64,000 nucleotides of DNA from an uncultured Verrucomicrobiota bacterium (GCA_964582645.1 CAZOTB010000001.1:2845-66844), one strand, 5' to 3'. Positions 27,356 through 37,199 are shown, counted from the stretch's first letter. Notes: generated by a model not told the origin, from the sequence alone. Numbers and translations: made by a program.

Positions 27356-27536
27356 GCGGGGCGTTGCGGTCAAGTCCACACAGGCCGAAGCCATGCATCT
27401 TCCATTGCATGTGGCAATGGTAGGGGCACACCCGGCTTTCGCGCCCCACCAAAAGCAGAAGAGGGAAACAGTCCCCGCAGCGCGGAACCGCTTCCCTCGT
27501 CGTGTGTGACTTCCAGCGATGTGTCGAGCTACCAGC

Positions 27537-27995
27537 TCAGGCAACCTTGATGTCTATCGCTTTCGGCTGGGCTTTCTCGCTCTTGGGCAGATGGACTCGC
27601 AGCACGCCGTCTTTGAAGTCGGCGGTCACCTTGCCACTGTCCGCATCGTCAGGGACGCTGAAGCTGCGCACGAAACTGCCATAGGCGCGCTCGATGCGAT
27701 GATACTTCCTGCCTTTCTCTTCCTTCTCGAATTTGCGCTCGCCGGTCAGCGTCAGCACGCCGCGCTCGACCGTCAGCTTAACTTCCTCCTTCTTCACTTG
27801 GGGAAGTTCCGCAGTGATCAGGTACTCCTTCTCGTCTTCGGCGATGTCCACCAACGGTGTCCACTCGGCCACCGTCATGGTTTCTTCTTTGCCACCGTCA
27901 CCCCTCCGGCTCGGTAGGCGACCAAAGAGGCGCTCGAGACGACTGTGCATCTCATCCAGTTCACGAATTGGATCCCAACGAGTAATGCTGTTCAT
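27537..27995 (-). CDS. Hsp20/alpha-crystallin family small heat-shock protein
   Basis: 152 aa; PLVDIAEDEKEYLITAELPQVKKEEVKLTVERGVLTLTGER...GVLRVHLPK is a typical ACD signature. Confidence 0.9.
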   Translation of the reverse strand: MNSITRWDPIRELDEMHSRLERLFGRLPSRRGDGGKEETMTVAEWTPLVDIAEDEKEYLITAELPQVKKEEVKLTVERGVLTLTGERKFEKEEKGRKYHRIERAYGSFVRSFSVPDDADSGKVTADFKDGVLRVHLPKSEKAQPKAIDIKVA

Positions 27996-28286
27996 GTCGT
28001 TTTTCCTCTACCGGCGGTTGATTCTGTTCCGCTCGCACCAACGAACCGCCTGTCGCACCGCTGGGCGAGCCCTGCCCCCTGTCATCGCAGGGGAGATGCC
28101 GGACATAAGAATGCTCGATTTCTTATAAACATTGAACATTTCAAACCAAACAGTGGGCTACTCTGACACAGCAGACCATGCCTTGGTACGGTCTGGTGTG
28201 ACAGACTTGCGTGGTCTTACAACCGGCGCTTCAGCGAGTGCAACGCCTCTCGAATGCACTGAACCGCGAGTGTTGAACACCCTTGG

Positions 28287-28784
28287 TTACCAGCGAACCA
28301 TGAACGGAATCATCGGATCGTCACCCAACTCGCGCGTCAACTCCGCGACGGTTCGTGTTTGCCCCGGCAGAATCAGATCGGGCGACAGATCCGCCAACGG
28401 CTGGAGCACGAACCGCCGCAAGTGCGCTCGCGGATGCGGCACGACAAGCTCGGGGGTGTCCACTCGCAGCGCGCCGCAATAGATCAAATCGAGATCAACT
28501 GGCCGCGGTTCGTTGTGGATCTTCTTTGGCTTGCGTCCGAGCTTTGTCTCGATGCCCTGCAACTTGCGCAACAACGCCAGCGGTGAGGTGTGCTCGTCCA
28601 CGTCGAGTTCGACGACGGCGTTGAGAAATTTCGGCGACCCCGGCGGGCAATCCACCGGCGAAGTCTCGTACACCGTGGATTTTCGCAGTGGCTTGCTGCT
28701 GAACACCTCGAGCTCCCGACAGGCCGCCTGCAGAGTGGCGAGCCGGTCACCGAGATTGCTACCCAGGGCAACGACGGCTTTCAC
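28287..28784 (-). CDS. folK: 2-amino-4-hydroxy-6-hydroxymethyldihydropteridine diphosphokinase (HPPK)
   Basis: VKAVVALGSNLGDRLATLQAA...VDLDLI is the HPPK signature. A GTG start at 28784 avoids a 60 nt overlap with dapB that the longer ORF (to 28841) would create. Confidence 0.75.
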   Translation of the reverse strand: MKAVVALGSNLGDRLATLQAACRELEVFSSKPLRKSTVYETSPVDCPPGSPKFLNAVVELDVDEHTSPLALLRKLQGIETKLGRKPKKIHNEPRPVDLDLIYCGALRVDTPELVVPHPRAHLRRFVLQPLADLSPDLILPGQTRTVAELTRELGDDPMIPFMVRW

Positions 28785-29521
28785 CGCAGCCCCAGCACAT
28801 CCTGCATGTCGTACAACCCGGGCTTCTGACCAACAATCCATTTGGCGGCACGAAGTGCGCCTTTGGCAAACGTGTCGCGGCTGCTGGCTTTGTGGGTTAA
28901 CTCCACCCGCTCACCGATGCCGGCATAGATGACCGTATGATCCCCGATGACGTCTCCGCCGCGAATGGCGTGGATGCCGATCTCGCTCGAAGTGCGCTCG
29001 CCGACGATTCCCTCGCGCCCGTGCCGGGCGAGTTTCTTCAGCTCTTCCTTCTTGACCTCGGCGAGAATCTCCGCGAGGCGCGCCGCGGTGCCGCTCGGAG
29101 CATCCTTCTTGAGTCGGTGATGCATCTCGACCACTTCCTGGTCGTAACCGTCGCCCAACACCTCTGCCGCTTTGCGGGTGAGCGCAAAGAGGAGGTTGAC
29201 GCCGACGCTGAAGTTGGCGGCCCAGACGATGGGAATGTGTGATTTGTGGTTTTTGATTTTGAATTTCTCGTCGTCGGAGTGGCCCGTCGTGCCGATAACG
29301 ATGGCTTTACGGTTCTTGGCTGCGGCCTCGACAATCGCCAGCGTGGCGGAATGAAAGCTGAAATCAATCACCGCGTCCGCGTTGCCGATGCAGGCATTGA
29401 TGTCGTCGCCGAGATCCACCTGACCAACGACCTTCAGCTCAGGGTCTTTCGATGCCAGCCCGATGATGGTCTGGCCCATCCGGCCTTTCGAGCCGGTGAC
29501 GATGATGCGTGTGGGATTCAT
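28781..29521 (-). CDS. dapB: 4-hydroxy-tetrahydrodipicolinate reductase
   Basis: 246 aa; MNPTRIIVTGSKGRMGQ...IGTTGHSDDE...HHRLKKDAPSGTA is canonical DapB. Confidence 0.9.
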   Translation of the reverse strand: MNPTRIIVTGSKGRMGQTIIGLASKDPELKVVGQVDLGDDINACIGNADAVIDFSFHSATLAIVEAAAKNRKAIVIGTTGHSDDEKFKIKNHKSHIPIVWAANFSVGVNLLFALTRKAAEVLGDGYDQEVVEMHHRLKKDAPSGTAARLAEILAEVKKEELKKLARHGREGIVGERTSSEIGIHAIRGGDVIGDHTVIYAGIGERVELTHKASSRDTFAKGALRAAKWIVGQKPGLYDMQDVLGLR

Positions 29522-29982
29522 GTTTTTCGCCTTGCGAGGCGACGAGAACAGCGAAGCACTTTTTGCCGCATGGGTAAAGTCGCAATATCCTTCTCACGTC
29601 CCGAAGCTTTCTTGCTGGCAATCACTCGATCCAGCGGAAGCAGTCGCACAGGCTGCCCTTCGATACGGCAGAGCGTGCATCGCTTGTATTCCGCCTCGAA
29701 GGATCGGAGGCCATCGGGCCTGAAGATTGCGTTCACCTGGATTCCGTTGGGCAACTCATACATCGTGCGGGCCAAAATCTTCCCTCCGAGTCGATGTACG
29801 ATGGTCAGCAGTCGCACGTACTGCCGTTCGGGGAGTCGTACCCAGAAATCATAGTCCCACGTCGTGGCCGTCGCGCCGTGGCGTACGGCTGCCATCATCC
29901 CGATCAGGCTGCCATCTATCCCTTCTTGACGGAGGGCCTTGATGGACTCACCGAGCGGGCGGCTGCGAGGCTGATTCGGCAT
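29518..29982 (-). CDS. Hypothetical protein, possible minimal nucleotidyltransferase-fold protein
   Basis: IDGSLIGMMAAVRHGATATTWDYDFWV resembles the hG[GS]...D.D nucleotidyltransferase motif. Lies between dapA and dapB. Confidence 0.4.
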   Translation of the reverse strand: MPNQPRSRPLGESIKALRQEGIDGSLIGMMAAVRHGATATTWDYDFWVRLPERQYVRLLTIVHRLGGKILARTMYELPNGIQVNAIFRPDGLRSFEAEYKRCTLCRIEGQPVRLLPLDRVIASKKASGREKDIATLPMRQKVLRCSRRLARRKT

Positions 29983-30154
29983 CGTTCCTCCGGCGTCTTT
30001 GAGAAACTAAGTGCAAACCCCCAGCGTTCGTGGTCGTCCAAACCGCGAACTGTTTTGAGTTTGCGATAGATTCGCCTGACTTTTGCCAAGTTTGTCCCGG
30101 TGCGCCAAGCTGAGCGTCGGATGTTGGATGTTGAATGCGGGACGTTGGACGCTT

Positions 30155-31045
30155 TCACGTTCGCATCCCCGCCTTCTGCATCGCTGCGCGCAAGACCTCT
30201 CGGTTCTTTTCGCTGATTCGGCAGAGAGGAAGGCGATAGATTTCCTCGATCATGCCCAGCATCGCCATCGCAGCCTTGACCGGAATAGGATTGGTCTCGA
30301 CGAACAAATCTTTGAACAACGGATAGAGTTTCAGATGCAACGCCTGCGCCTCGTCCACTTTGCCCGAGAGGGAACAACGCACCATCGTGCTCACTTGTTT
30401 CGGGATGACGTTGGTTGCGACGCTAATCACGCCTTCCGCGCCCACGCTCATGAACGGCAGCGTCATCGAATCGTCGCCCGAGAGGATCAGGAAGTTCTCC
30501 CCACACGCGAGTCGAAGCTGGCTGACGCGGTCGGGCGTGCCACCGGCTTCTTTCACGCCAACGATGTTCTTGCAGTCGGTGTGCAGTCGTCGCATCGTCT
30601 CGACGCCGATCTCGATCCCGCAACGGCCGGGAATGCTGTAGAGCACCAGCGGCAGGCGCGTACATTTTGCGATGGCTTTGAAATGTTGATAGAGCCCTTC
30701 CTGTGTCGGCTTGTTGTAGTACGGCGACACGAGCAAGCACGAGTCCGCGCCCACCTTTTCCGCTTTGCGGGTCAATGAGATCGCTTCGTCGGTCGAGTTC
30801 GAGCCCGTACCCGCCATGATGTGGCAGCGCTGCTTCGCCGCTTTGACCGCGACCTCGATGACGCGAATGTGTTCGGCGTGCGAAAGCGTCGGCGATTCGC
30901 CGGTAGTGCCGACGGGCACGATGCCGTCAATCCCGTTCTTGATCTGGAACTCGACCAGTTCCGCGAGTTTTTTCTCGTCCACGCGGCCTTTCCGGTTGAA
31001 CGGCGTGACGATGGCGGTGTAGGTGCCTGCTAATGGAGTATTCAT
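30155..31045 (-). CDS. dapA: 4-hydroxy-tetrahydrodipicolinate synthase
   Basis: 296 aa; TAIVTPF...GIVPVGTTGESPTLS...YNKPTQEGLYQHF...K161 region is canonical DapA. Confidence 0.9.
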   Translation of the reverse strand: MNTPLAGTYTAIVTPFNRKGRVDEKKLAELVEFQIKNGIDGIVPVGTTGESPTLSHAEHIRVIEVAVKAAKQRCHIMAGTGSNSTDEAISLTRKAEKVGADSCLLVSPYYNKPTQEGLYQHFKAIAKCTRLPLVLYSIPGRCGIEIGVETMRRLHTDCKNIVGVKEAGGTPDRVSQLRLACGENFLILSGDDSMTLPFMSVGAEGVISVATNVIPKQVSTMVRCSLSGKVDEAQALHLKLYPLFKDLFVETNPIPVKAAMAMLGMIEEIYRLPLCRISEKNREVLRAAMQKAGMRT

Positions 31046-31101
31046 GGCTGTGACTCAGGGCGGCCAGCATAGCATAACGCCCCGGGCTGGCAAGCGTGCG
31101 A

Positions 31102-32055
31102 CTACGAACCTTTTTTGAGATTCCTCGCGAAAAATGAAATCACCGCCCGCTGAATGTCCTGATAGCTCGGCTCGATCGGGCTTCCGTTGGCGGATTGAAA
31201 TGAATGGTTGGCGTTCTTGACGCGAATGAATGTCACTTCGGCGCCTGCCTGACGCAGCGCGGCGTCGAGTCGCTCGCTTTGCGAGATCGGAACCTCGGGA
31301 TCGGAGTCGCCGTGCACGAGCAGAAACGGCGGTGCGTCCTTGGTGACGTAGGTCACGGGGCTCGCGCGCCGATACAGCTCTGGTTTCGCCGCGTAGGTCG
31401 CGCCAAGGAAGTTGGAGAGGATCTCGCGTTGACGCTCGTCGTCGTCCACCGACGGCTCCCATTGCGTGGGTGGGAAGAACGCGCACACGGCTTGGACGCG
31501 ACTCGATTGCCCCGTGTGCCCGCCGGTGCCGTCAAACTCGCGCCGGTCGCTGGTGAGTCCGACCATGGCGGCGAGATGCCCGCCCGCTGAAGCGCCCCAA
31601 ACGCCGATGCGGTCCGGGTTCACGTGCATTGTCGCGGCGTTGGCGCGGAGCCAACGCACGGCGCACTTGGCATCTTCGAGCGCCGCCGGGAACTTGTTAA
31701 GTGGCGCGAGCCGGTAATCAATACTGACCACAAAATAGCCGTAGTACGCGAGGAACGCTGCGAGCGGATTCTCCTTGTCGCCGTACGCCCAGGCGCCGCC
31801 GTGGATCCACACCACGGCCGGCATCGGCTCTTTGGGCATCGTCTTCGGGCGATAGACGTCGAGCAACAGATCGGCGTCGCCGACTTTGCCGTAGCGGACA
31901 TTCTTGACGATGTCGAGTGGAGGGAGGACACCCTGCCCGAGCGACGTATAGGCAGTGGCAATCAGCAGCGCGAGCGAAACGATCGTTCTCGTCCTCGCCC
32001 TCGTACTCGAAATCGAGGACGACGACGAGGACGAGGACGAGGACGACAAATTCAC
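31102..32055 (-). CDS. Alpha/beta-hydrolase (esterase/lipase-like) with poly-Ser N-terminal tract and signal-like segment
   Basis: HGGAW (HGG oxyanion motif), GASAGG (GxSxG), DPEVP. The listed ORF (to 32226) overlaps lysA by 174 nt, so the start is more likely the GTG at 32055 overlapping the lysA stop (GTGA) or the TTG at 32049. N-terminus (M)NLSSSSSSSSSSSISSTRARTRTIVSLALLIATAYTSLG. Confidence 0.7.
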   Translation of the reverse strand: MNLSSSSSSSSSSSISSTRARTRTIVSLALLIATAYTSLGQGVLPPLDIVKNVRYGKVGDADLLLDVYRPKTMPKEPMPAVVWIHGGAWAYGDKENPLAAFLAYYGYFVVSIDYRLAPLNKFPAALEDAKCAVRWLRANAATMHVNPDRIGVWGASAGGHLAAMVGLTSDRREFDGTGGHTGQSSRVQAVCAFFPPTQWEPSVDDDERQREILSNFLGATYAAKPELYRRASPVTYVTKDAPPFLLVHGDSDPEVPISQSERLDAALRQAGAEVTFIRVKNANHSFQSANGSPIEPSYQDIQRAVISFFARNLKKGS

Positions 32056-33305
32056 TTCAACCACTTCGGAATGATCTCGCCGCGGATGAGGTCGGCGCGC
32101 GTCTCGCGTTCGCGGACGACGCTCCACTCGTCTCCATGCACGAGCACCTCGGCGGGGCGGCCCCGCGAGTTGTAGTTCGATGCCATCACGAACCCGTACG
32201 CGCCGGCGCTGAGTATGGCGAGACAACTCATCGGGTCGGCGTGCTGAATGCGGCGGTTCTGGGCGAAGAAATCGCCCGACTCACACACGGGGCCGACGAT
32301 GTCGGCCACGATCGGGCGGTGCCTGGTTTTCTTGACGGGCACGATGCTGTGGTACGAGCCATAGAGCGAGGGGCGGATCAGGTCGTTCATGCCCGCGTCC
32401 ACGATCACGAACCGTTTGTGCGGCGTTTTCTTGATGTACTGCACCTGCGTCAACAGCGCGCCGGCGTTCCCGACGAGAAACCGTCCCGGCTCCAGCAGGA
32501 TGCGCAGGCCGAGCGGTTTGAGCAGCGGCACGACGGCGTCGGCGAACTGCGGCGGCGTGGGCGGCTTCTCATTGTGGTAGGTGATGCCGATGCCGCCGCC
32601 AATGTCGAAGAATTCCAGGTTCGGGCAGAGCAGTTTGAGTCGCTCGATCAGCGGACGCATCTTGCGGATGGCTTTGACGTACGGCGCCACAGAGGTGATC
32701 TGCGACCCGATGTGCATCTGGATGCCGCGGACGAAGACATTGTTGAACTGCCGCGCCACGGTTGTCACCGCCATCGCCCGCTCGAAGCTGATCCCAAACT
32801 TGTTCTCGCTCTTGCCGGTCGAGATGTAATGGTGCGTGTGGGCGTCCACGTTGGGGTTCACGCGCACGGCGACGGGCGCGATGATCCCCATCTCGGCGGC
32901 GACGAGGTCAATGCGGTAGAGTTCCTCCTCGGACTCGCAGTTGAAGCAATAGATACGGCTCTCGATTGCCAGCTCGATCTCACGAATGGTTTTGCCAACT
33001 CCCGCGAAGATAATCTTCGACGGGTCGCCCCCGGCTTTGAGCACGCGATGCAGTTCGCCCGCGCTGACGATGTCGAACCCGGCGCCGCACGCGGCGAGCG
33101 CGCGCAGGATGGCGAGGTTCGAGTTCGCTTTGACCGCGAAATGGATCTGGTGGTTGAGCGGGGCGAGCGCCTTGTGGAGCGCCCGGTAGTTGTCCGTGAT
33201 GGACTGATAGCTATAGACGTACAGCGGCGTGCCCAACTCGGCGGTGAGTTTCTCCAGTGCGACGCCTTCGCAGTACAAATCGTTTCCGCGATATTGAAAT
33301 GGCAT
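32052..33305 (-). CDS. lysA: Diaminopimelate decarboxylase
   Basis: PLP-binding FAVKAN, CESGD, typical LysA length; the internal ATG (MPFQYRGNDLY) is preferred over the longer ORF start. Confidence 0.9.
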   Translation of the reverse strand: MPFQYRGNDLYCEGVALEKLTAELGTPLYVYSYQSITDNYRALHKALAPLNHQIHFAVKANSNLAILRALAACGAGFDIVSAGELHRVLKAGGDPSKIIFAGVGKTIREIELAIESRIYCFNCESEEELYRIDLVAAEMGIIAPVAVRVNPNVDAHTHHYISTGKSENKFGISFERAMAVTTVARQFNNVFVRGIQMHIGSQITSVAPYVKAIRKMRPLIERLKLLCPNLEFFDIGGGIGITYHNEKPPTPPQFADAVVPLLKPLGLRILLEPGRFLVGNAGALLTQVQYIKKTPHKRFVIVDAGMNDLIRPSLYGSYHSIVPVKKTRHRPIVADIVGPVCESGDFFAQNRRIQHADPMSCLAILSAGAYGFVMASNYNSRGRPAEVLVHGDEWSVVRERETRADLIRGEIIPKWLK

Positions 33306-33382
33306 AATGAACCTCGTTCTTTCGATGAGCGCGGAGTGTAACAGGAACAGCCGGGGATGCAACGGCGCATCTGACGCCATAC

Positions 33383-33739
33383 TTACCGCTCAGTTACTGA
33401 AGCGGCGCCGTGGGTGCGCGAACGGTACAGGCTCACTCCCGCGGTGAGCAGCCAACCCGCGATGAACACGAGATACATCCGGCCGGTGCAGAGGATATTG
33501 TCCGTGGTGCACTTGTGGACGTGCTGGAAGCACCCTTCGGCAATCAGGTCGAACGCAGCGGCAATGCAATAGAACTTCGTCATCGCCATGCGCAGCCGCC
33601 GCCATTCAAACACCAGCCACACCACCAGCAGCGACGTCATCGCCACCGCGCTCGCCACAAAAATCCAGTACTCCGTGACCCGATTCCAGAACAGATGCGC
33701 GGCCACGTTGGCCAGGCAAAACCCAAGCGCGACCCACAT
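33383..33739 (-). CDS. Small integral membrane protein (~118 aa, 3-4 TM)
   Basis: C-terminal portion of ORF 33383..34141 starting MWVALGFCLANVAAHLFW...; the upstream part of that ORF overlaps the TfoX gene and looks non-coding. Confidence 0.4.
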   Translation of the reverse strand: MWVALGFCLANVAAHLFWNRVTEYWIFVASAVAMTSLLVVWLVFEWRRLRMAMTKFYCIAAAFDLIAEGCFQHVHKCTTDNILCTGRMYLVFIAGWLLTAGVSLYRSRTHGAASVTER

Positions 33740-33782
33740 GTCCCGTTTACCAATCAACGGTCTGGTTCCTTGCTCCACGCGC

Positions 33783-34199
33783 TCACGATAGCCGTCTGCG
33801 CCTGTTCTGGCAAACGTCTGATTTGCGGTCTGTGCGCAGCTTGCTGGTGTCTTCGGGTGCGCGGCGGCGTTCCTGATTCCGAGCGGAGGACCCGCTCTGC
33901 GCGATGGCTTCTTGCGCCCACTCAATGATCCGTGCCCGGTCTTCGAGCACCTCGACCGGCACAGCGTAGAAGCTACGCAGTGTCTGTTTCTTGCCGGGCC
34001 GAAACGGACCCATCCCGGCGGCGCGATAGTCCTCGATCGTTGCGCTGCCCACTTTGAAGTACAACGCCCCGCGGTAAATGATTCCGAAAAACGCAGCGCC
34101 CGAGTACAACCCGTAGCCACCAAACATTCCCCGACAGTCAAAGTCCGGTAGCGCTTCGAGTTGATCCACCACGAAATCCTTGAACGAGTCGTTTTTCAT
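33783..34199 (-). CDS. TfoX/Sxy N-terminal domain protein
   Basis: FKDFVVDQLEALPDFDCRGMFGGYGLYSGAAFFGIIYRGALYFKV matches the TfoX_N domain pattern. Confidence 0.6.
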   Translation of the reverse strand: MKNDSFKDFVVDQLEALPDFDCRGMFGGYGLYSGAAFFGIIYRGALYFKVGSATIEDYRAAGMGPFRPGKKQTLRSFYAVPVEVLEDRARIIEWAQEAIAQSGSSARNQERRRAPEDTSKLRTDRKSDVCQNRRRRLS

Positions 34200-34298
34200 G
34201 CTGAAGCGAATGGTAGCAGATGAGGCATCTGCCGCCGACAGCGAAACTCAGCAAGAATCGGGTGGTTCTGTTCGTCGAGGAGCGGTACGTTCCTCCAC

Positions 34299-35261
34299 AT
34301 GAAATCGAACGGTGACCAACAGAGGACCGCCTCCGAAATGGATCAGGCATCCATGGACTACGCCCGCATCGAGCGGGCGATCGGGTTCCTGTTGTCGCAC
34401 CATCTCGACCAACCGGACCTGGCCTCGGTCGCGCGCCATGTGCATCTGAGCGAATATCACTTCCAGCGACTCTTCTCGCGTTGGGCGGGGATCAGCCCGA
34501 AGCGGTTCTTGCAGTGCCTGACGGTCGAGCACGCAAAGCAGCGGTTGGCAGAATCGAAAGCGCTCCTCGATGTGACGCTCGAATCGGGACTCTCCAGTCC
34601 GAGCCGGCTGCATGACCTGTTCGTCTCGGTCGAGGCCATGACTCCGAATGAGTTCAAGCAGCGTGGCACAGGCCTCCGCATCCGGTACGGCCTGCATCCG
34701 AGTCCGTTCGGGACATGTCTGCTGGCGACCACGGACCGGGGCGTGTGCGGTCTTTCGTTCGTGGACCACGGCCGGGACTCGGTCGCTGTGCAGGAATTAC
34801 ACTCAACCTGGAGTGACGCTCGTCTCGAAGAGCATCCCGGAACCACTGCTCCCATTGCGTCGCAGATCTTTGATCCGTTGAGCCGGGGACGCCGCCCGGA
34901 CCTCAGCCTCCTGTTGAAGGGCACGAACTTTCAACTCAAAGTCTGGAGGGCGCTGCTGCAAATTCCGCCCGGCGCGGTTGTCTCGTACGACGCAGTAGCA
35001 CGCTGGATTGGTGAATCGCGCGCCGCGCGCGCCGTGGCGAACGCCGTTGGCTCGAACCCGATCGCCTACCTGATTCCCTGCCACCGCGTCATCCGACAAA
35101 CGGGCGTCATCACCGGCTATCGCTGGGGGACAACCCGCAAGCGAGCAATCCTGGCCCGGGAAGCGGTGGACGAATTCAATTCCGAGGCTTGCGCTTCCGC
35201 TTTCCGCAGTCCATCATATCGGCACGGTGCGAACGCATCCCGCGTTCGCATGGGAGCATGA
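34299..35261 (+). CDS. Ada-like bifunctional protein: AraC-type HTH plus methylated-DNA-[protein]-cysteine S-methyltransferase
   Basis: AraC HTH ...LSEYHFQRLFSRWAGISPKRFLQ...; MGMT active site LIPCHRVI with the helix-turn-wing. Confidence 0.8.
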   Translation: MKSNGDQQRTASEMDQASMDYARIERAIGFLLSHHLDQPDLASVARHVHLSEYHFQRLFSRWAGISPKRFLQCLTVEHAKQRLAESKALLDVTLESGLSSPSRLHDLFVSVEAMTPNEFKQRGTGLRIRYGLHPSPFGTCLLATTDRGVCGLSFVDHGRDSVAVQELHSTWSDARLEEHPGTTAPIASQIFDPLSRGRRPDLSLLLKGTNFQLKVWRALLQIPPGAVVSYDAVARWIGESRAARAVANAVGSNPIAYLIPCHRVIRQTGVITGYRWGTTRKRAILAREAVDEFNSEACASAFRSPSYRHGANASRVRMGA

Positions 35262-37189
35262 CAGAGCACGCAACAGATCCGCGACCCGGCCTCGATGAGG
35301 ACGTCGCGCTGCGAAGAATCCTCGAAGGCACCGCGGGGGAGACGGGCGAACAATTCTTCGTCGCGCTCGTACGCAATCTCGTGCAAAGACTTGAGGTGTA
35401 CGCTGCTTGGGTAACCGAATACCTGCCCGAACAACGACGACTGCGGGCCCTGGCATTCTGGTTCGGCGACCGGTTCATCCCTCACTTCGAATACGACGTG
35501 GCAGGGACACCGTGCGAGTCGGTCATTAACTGCGCGCGGCTCATCCACTTTCCTGACGGCTTGGTTCAACTCTTCCCCCACGACGACGACCTGAAAAAAG
35601 CGCACATCGCCAGTTACATGGGCGCTCCGATGTTCGACACGGATGGACGAATCATCGGCAATCTCGGTGTCATGGATACGAAACCGATGCAGGACGTCGC
35701 CCCTTGCCAGACGTTGATCCGCGTCTTTGCGGCGCGGGCAGCCGCGGAATACCGGCGACTCCAGGCCGAGGCAAAAGTGCGCGAACGCCAGGAGCAACTC
35801 GGTCGGCTCCTCGACAGCGCAATGGATTCGATCGTCGAACTCGATCGCGACTTGCGCGTGACGCTTATCAACCCGGCCGCCGAAAAAGTGTTCGGGTGCA
35901 ATGCGGCAACTGCGGTCGGAAAGGATTTCCGTCCCTTCCTCTCCGACGAAAGCGCTCGGAAACTCGCCACGTTAATCGGCGAACTCGGCGCGCGGCCCGG
36001 TGGCCGACAACATTTCTGGATTCCAGCCGGGCTGGAAGCGCGGACGGCGAAGGGTCAGATGTTTCCGGCTGAGGCGACGCTGTCGCGGTCGGAGAAGGAT
36101 GGCGCGCCCTTCTACACCGTCATCCTGCGCGACTTGAACGAACGAGTCGAAGCCGAGCAGAAGATCCGGGCGCTGACGGACGAAGCTGAATACCTCAGGC
36201 AGGAAATCAAGGAGCTTCATAACTTTGACGAGATCATTGGTCAGAGCCAGCCGCTGTTGCGCGTGCTGCGCGACGTGAAACAGGTGGCGCAGACAGATGC
36301 GACAGTGTTGTTGCAGGGCGAAACCGGCACGGGCAAGGAATTGATCGCCCGCGCGATCCACAGCGCCAGCCGTCGCCACGACAAGCCGTTGATCAAGGTC
36401 AACTGCGCGGCGATCCCGGCGACATTAATCGAGAGCGAGTTCTTCGGACACGAACGCGGCGCGTTCACCGGCGCGACCGGGAAACGCGAGGGACGATTCG
36501 CCCTGGCGGACAAAGGCACGATCTTCCTCGACGAGGTCGGCGAGATTCCACTCGACCTGCAATCGAAGCTGTTGCGCGTGTTGCAGGAGGGCGAGTTCGA
36601 GCCGGTGGGCAGTTCTCAGACGCGCAAAGTGAACGTGCGCGTGATCGCCGCCACGAACCGCGACCTGCAGCAGGCGGTGAAGGACGGAAAATTCCGCGAT
36701 GATCTGTACTACCGGCTCAACGTGTTCCCGATTCGCATCCCGCCGCTGCGCGAACGCCTCGACGACATCCCGTCGCTGGCATCGAGTTTTGTGAAACGAT
36801 TCGCCCAGCAACTTGGCCGCAAGATCGAGCCATTGACCGCGAGCGATGTGTTGCGGTTGAAAGCCTACACGTGGCCCGGCAACGTGCGCGAGTTGGAGAA
36901 CGTGATCGAGCGCGCTGTCATCACCGCGCAGAACGGCCGCCTGAATCTCGACCGCGCGTTACCGGAGGCCAGCGCAGTCTCGTCCCCCAAACCTGCTGCG
37001 ACAGAGGAAGCAAGTGATTCGATCCGCACGGTGGCCGAGATGGAAGCGTTGGAGCGCATGAACATCGTGCGAGCGCTCGAAGCCACGAACGGACGCGTCG
37101 CAGGAGACAACGGCGCAGCCCGGTTGCTCGGCATGAAGCCCTCGACGCTCAGCTCCCGCATGAAAGCGTTGGGGATCAAGAAGGCTTAG
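35258..37189 (+). CDS. Sigma-54-dependent Fis-family transcriptional activator with N-terminal GAF and PAS sensor domains
   Basis: AAA+ sigma54 interaction domain LLQGETGTGKELIARAIH, GAFTGA loop, ESEFFGHERGAFTGA, C-terminal Fis HTH. Start at ATG 35258 overlaps the upstream stop (ATGA). Confidence 0.9.
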   Translation: MTEHATDPRPGLDEDVALRRILEGTAGETGEQFFVALVRNLVQRLEVYAAWVTEYLPEQRRLRALAFWFGDRFIPHFEYDVAGTPCESVINCARLIHFPDGLVQLFPHDDDLKKAHIASYMGAPMFDTDGRIIGNLGVMDTKPMQDVAPCQTLIRVFAARAAAEYRRLQAEAKVRERQEQLGRLLDSAMDSIVELDRDLRVTLINPAAEKVFGCNAATAVGKDFRPFLSDESARKLATLIGELGARPGGRQHFWIPAGLEARTAKGQMFPAEATLSRSEKDGAPFYTVILRDLNERVEAEQKIRALTDEAEYLRQEIKELHNFDEIIGQSQPLLRVLRDVKQVAQTDATVLLQGETGTGKELIARAIHSASRRHDKPLIKVNCAAIPATLIESEFFGHERGAFTGATGKREGRFALADKGTIFLDEVGEIPLDLQSKLLRVLQEGEFEPVGSSQTRKVNVRVIAATNRDLQQAVKDGKFRDDLYYRLNVFPIRIPPLRERLDDIPSLASSFVKRFAQQLGRKIEPLTASDVLRLKAYTWPGNVRELENVIERAVITAQNGRLNLDRALPEASAVSSPKPAATEEASDSIRTVAEMEALERMNIVRALEATNGRVAGDNGAARLLGMKPSTLSSRMKALGIKKA

Positions 37190-37199
37190 CCGCTACGGC

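Noticed and set aside
31990-32050. Possible CRISPR or tandem-repeat array from GAGGACGAC repeats
   Set aside because: It is a short in-frame trinucleotide/hexanucleotide SSR inside a coding region (poly-Ser). There are no spacers, so it is not a CRISPR array.
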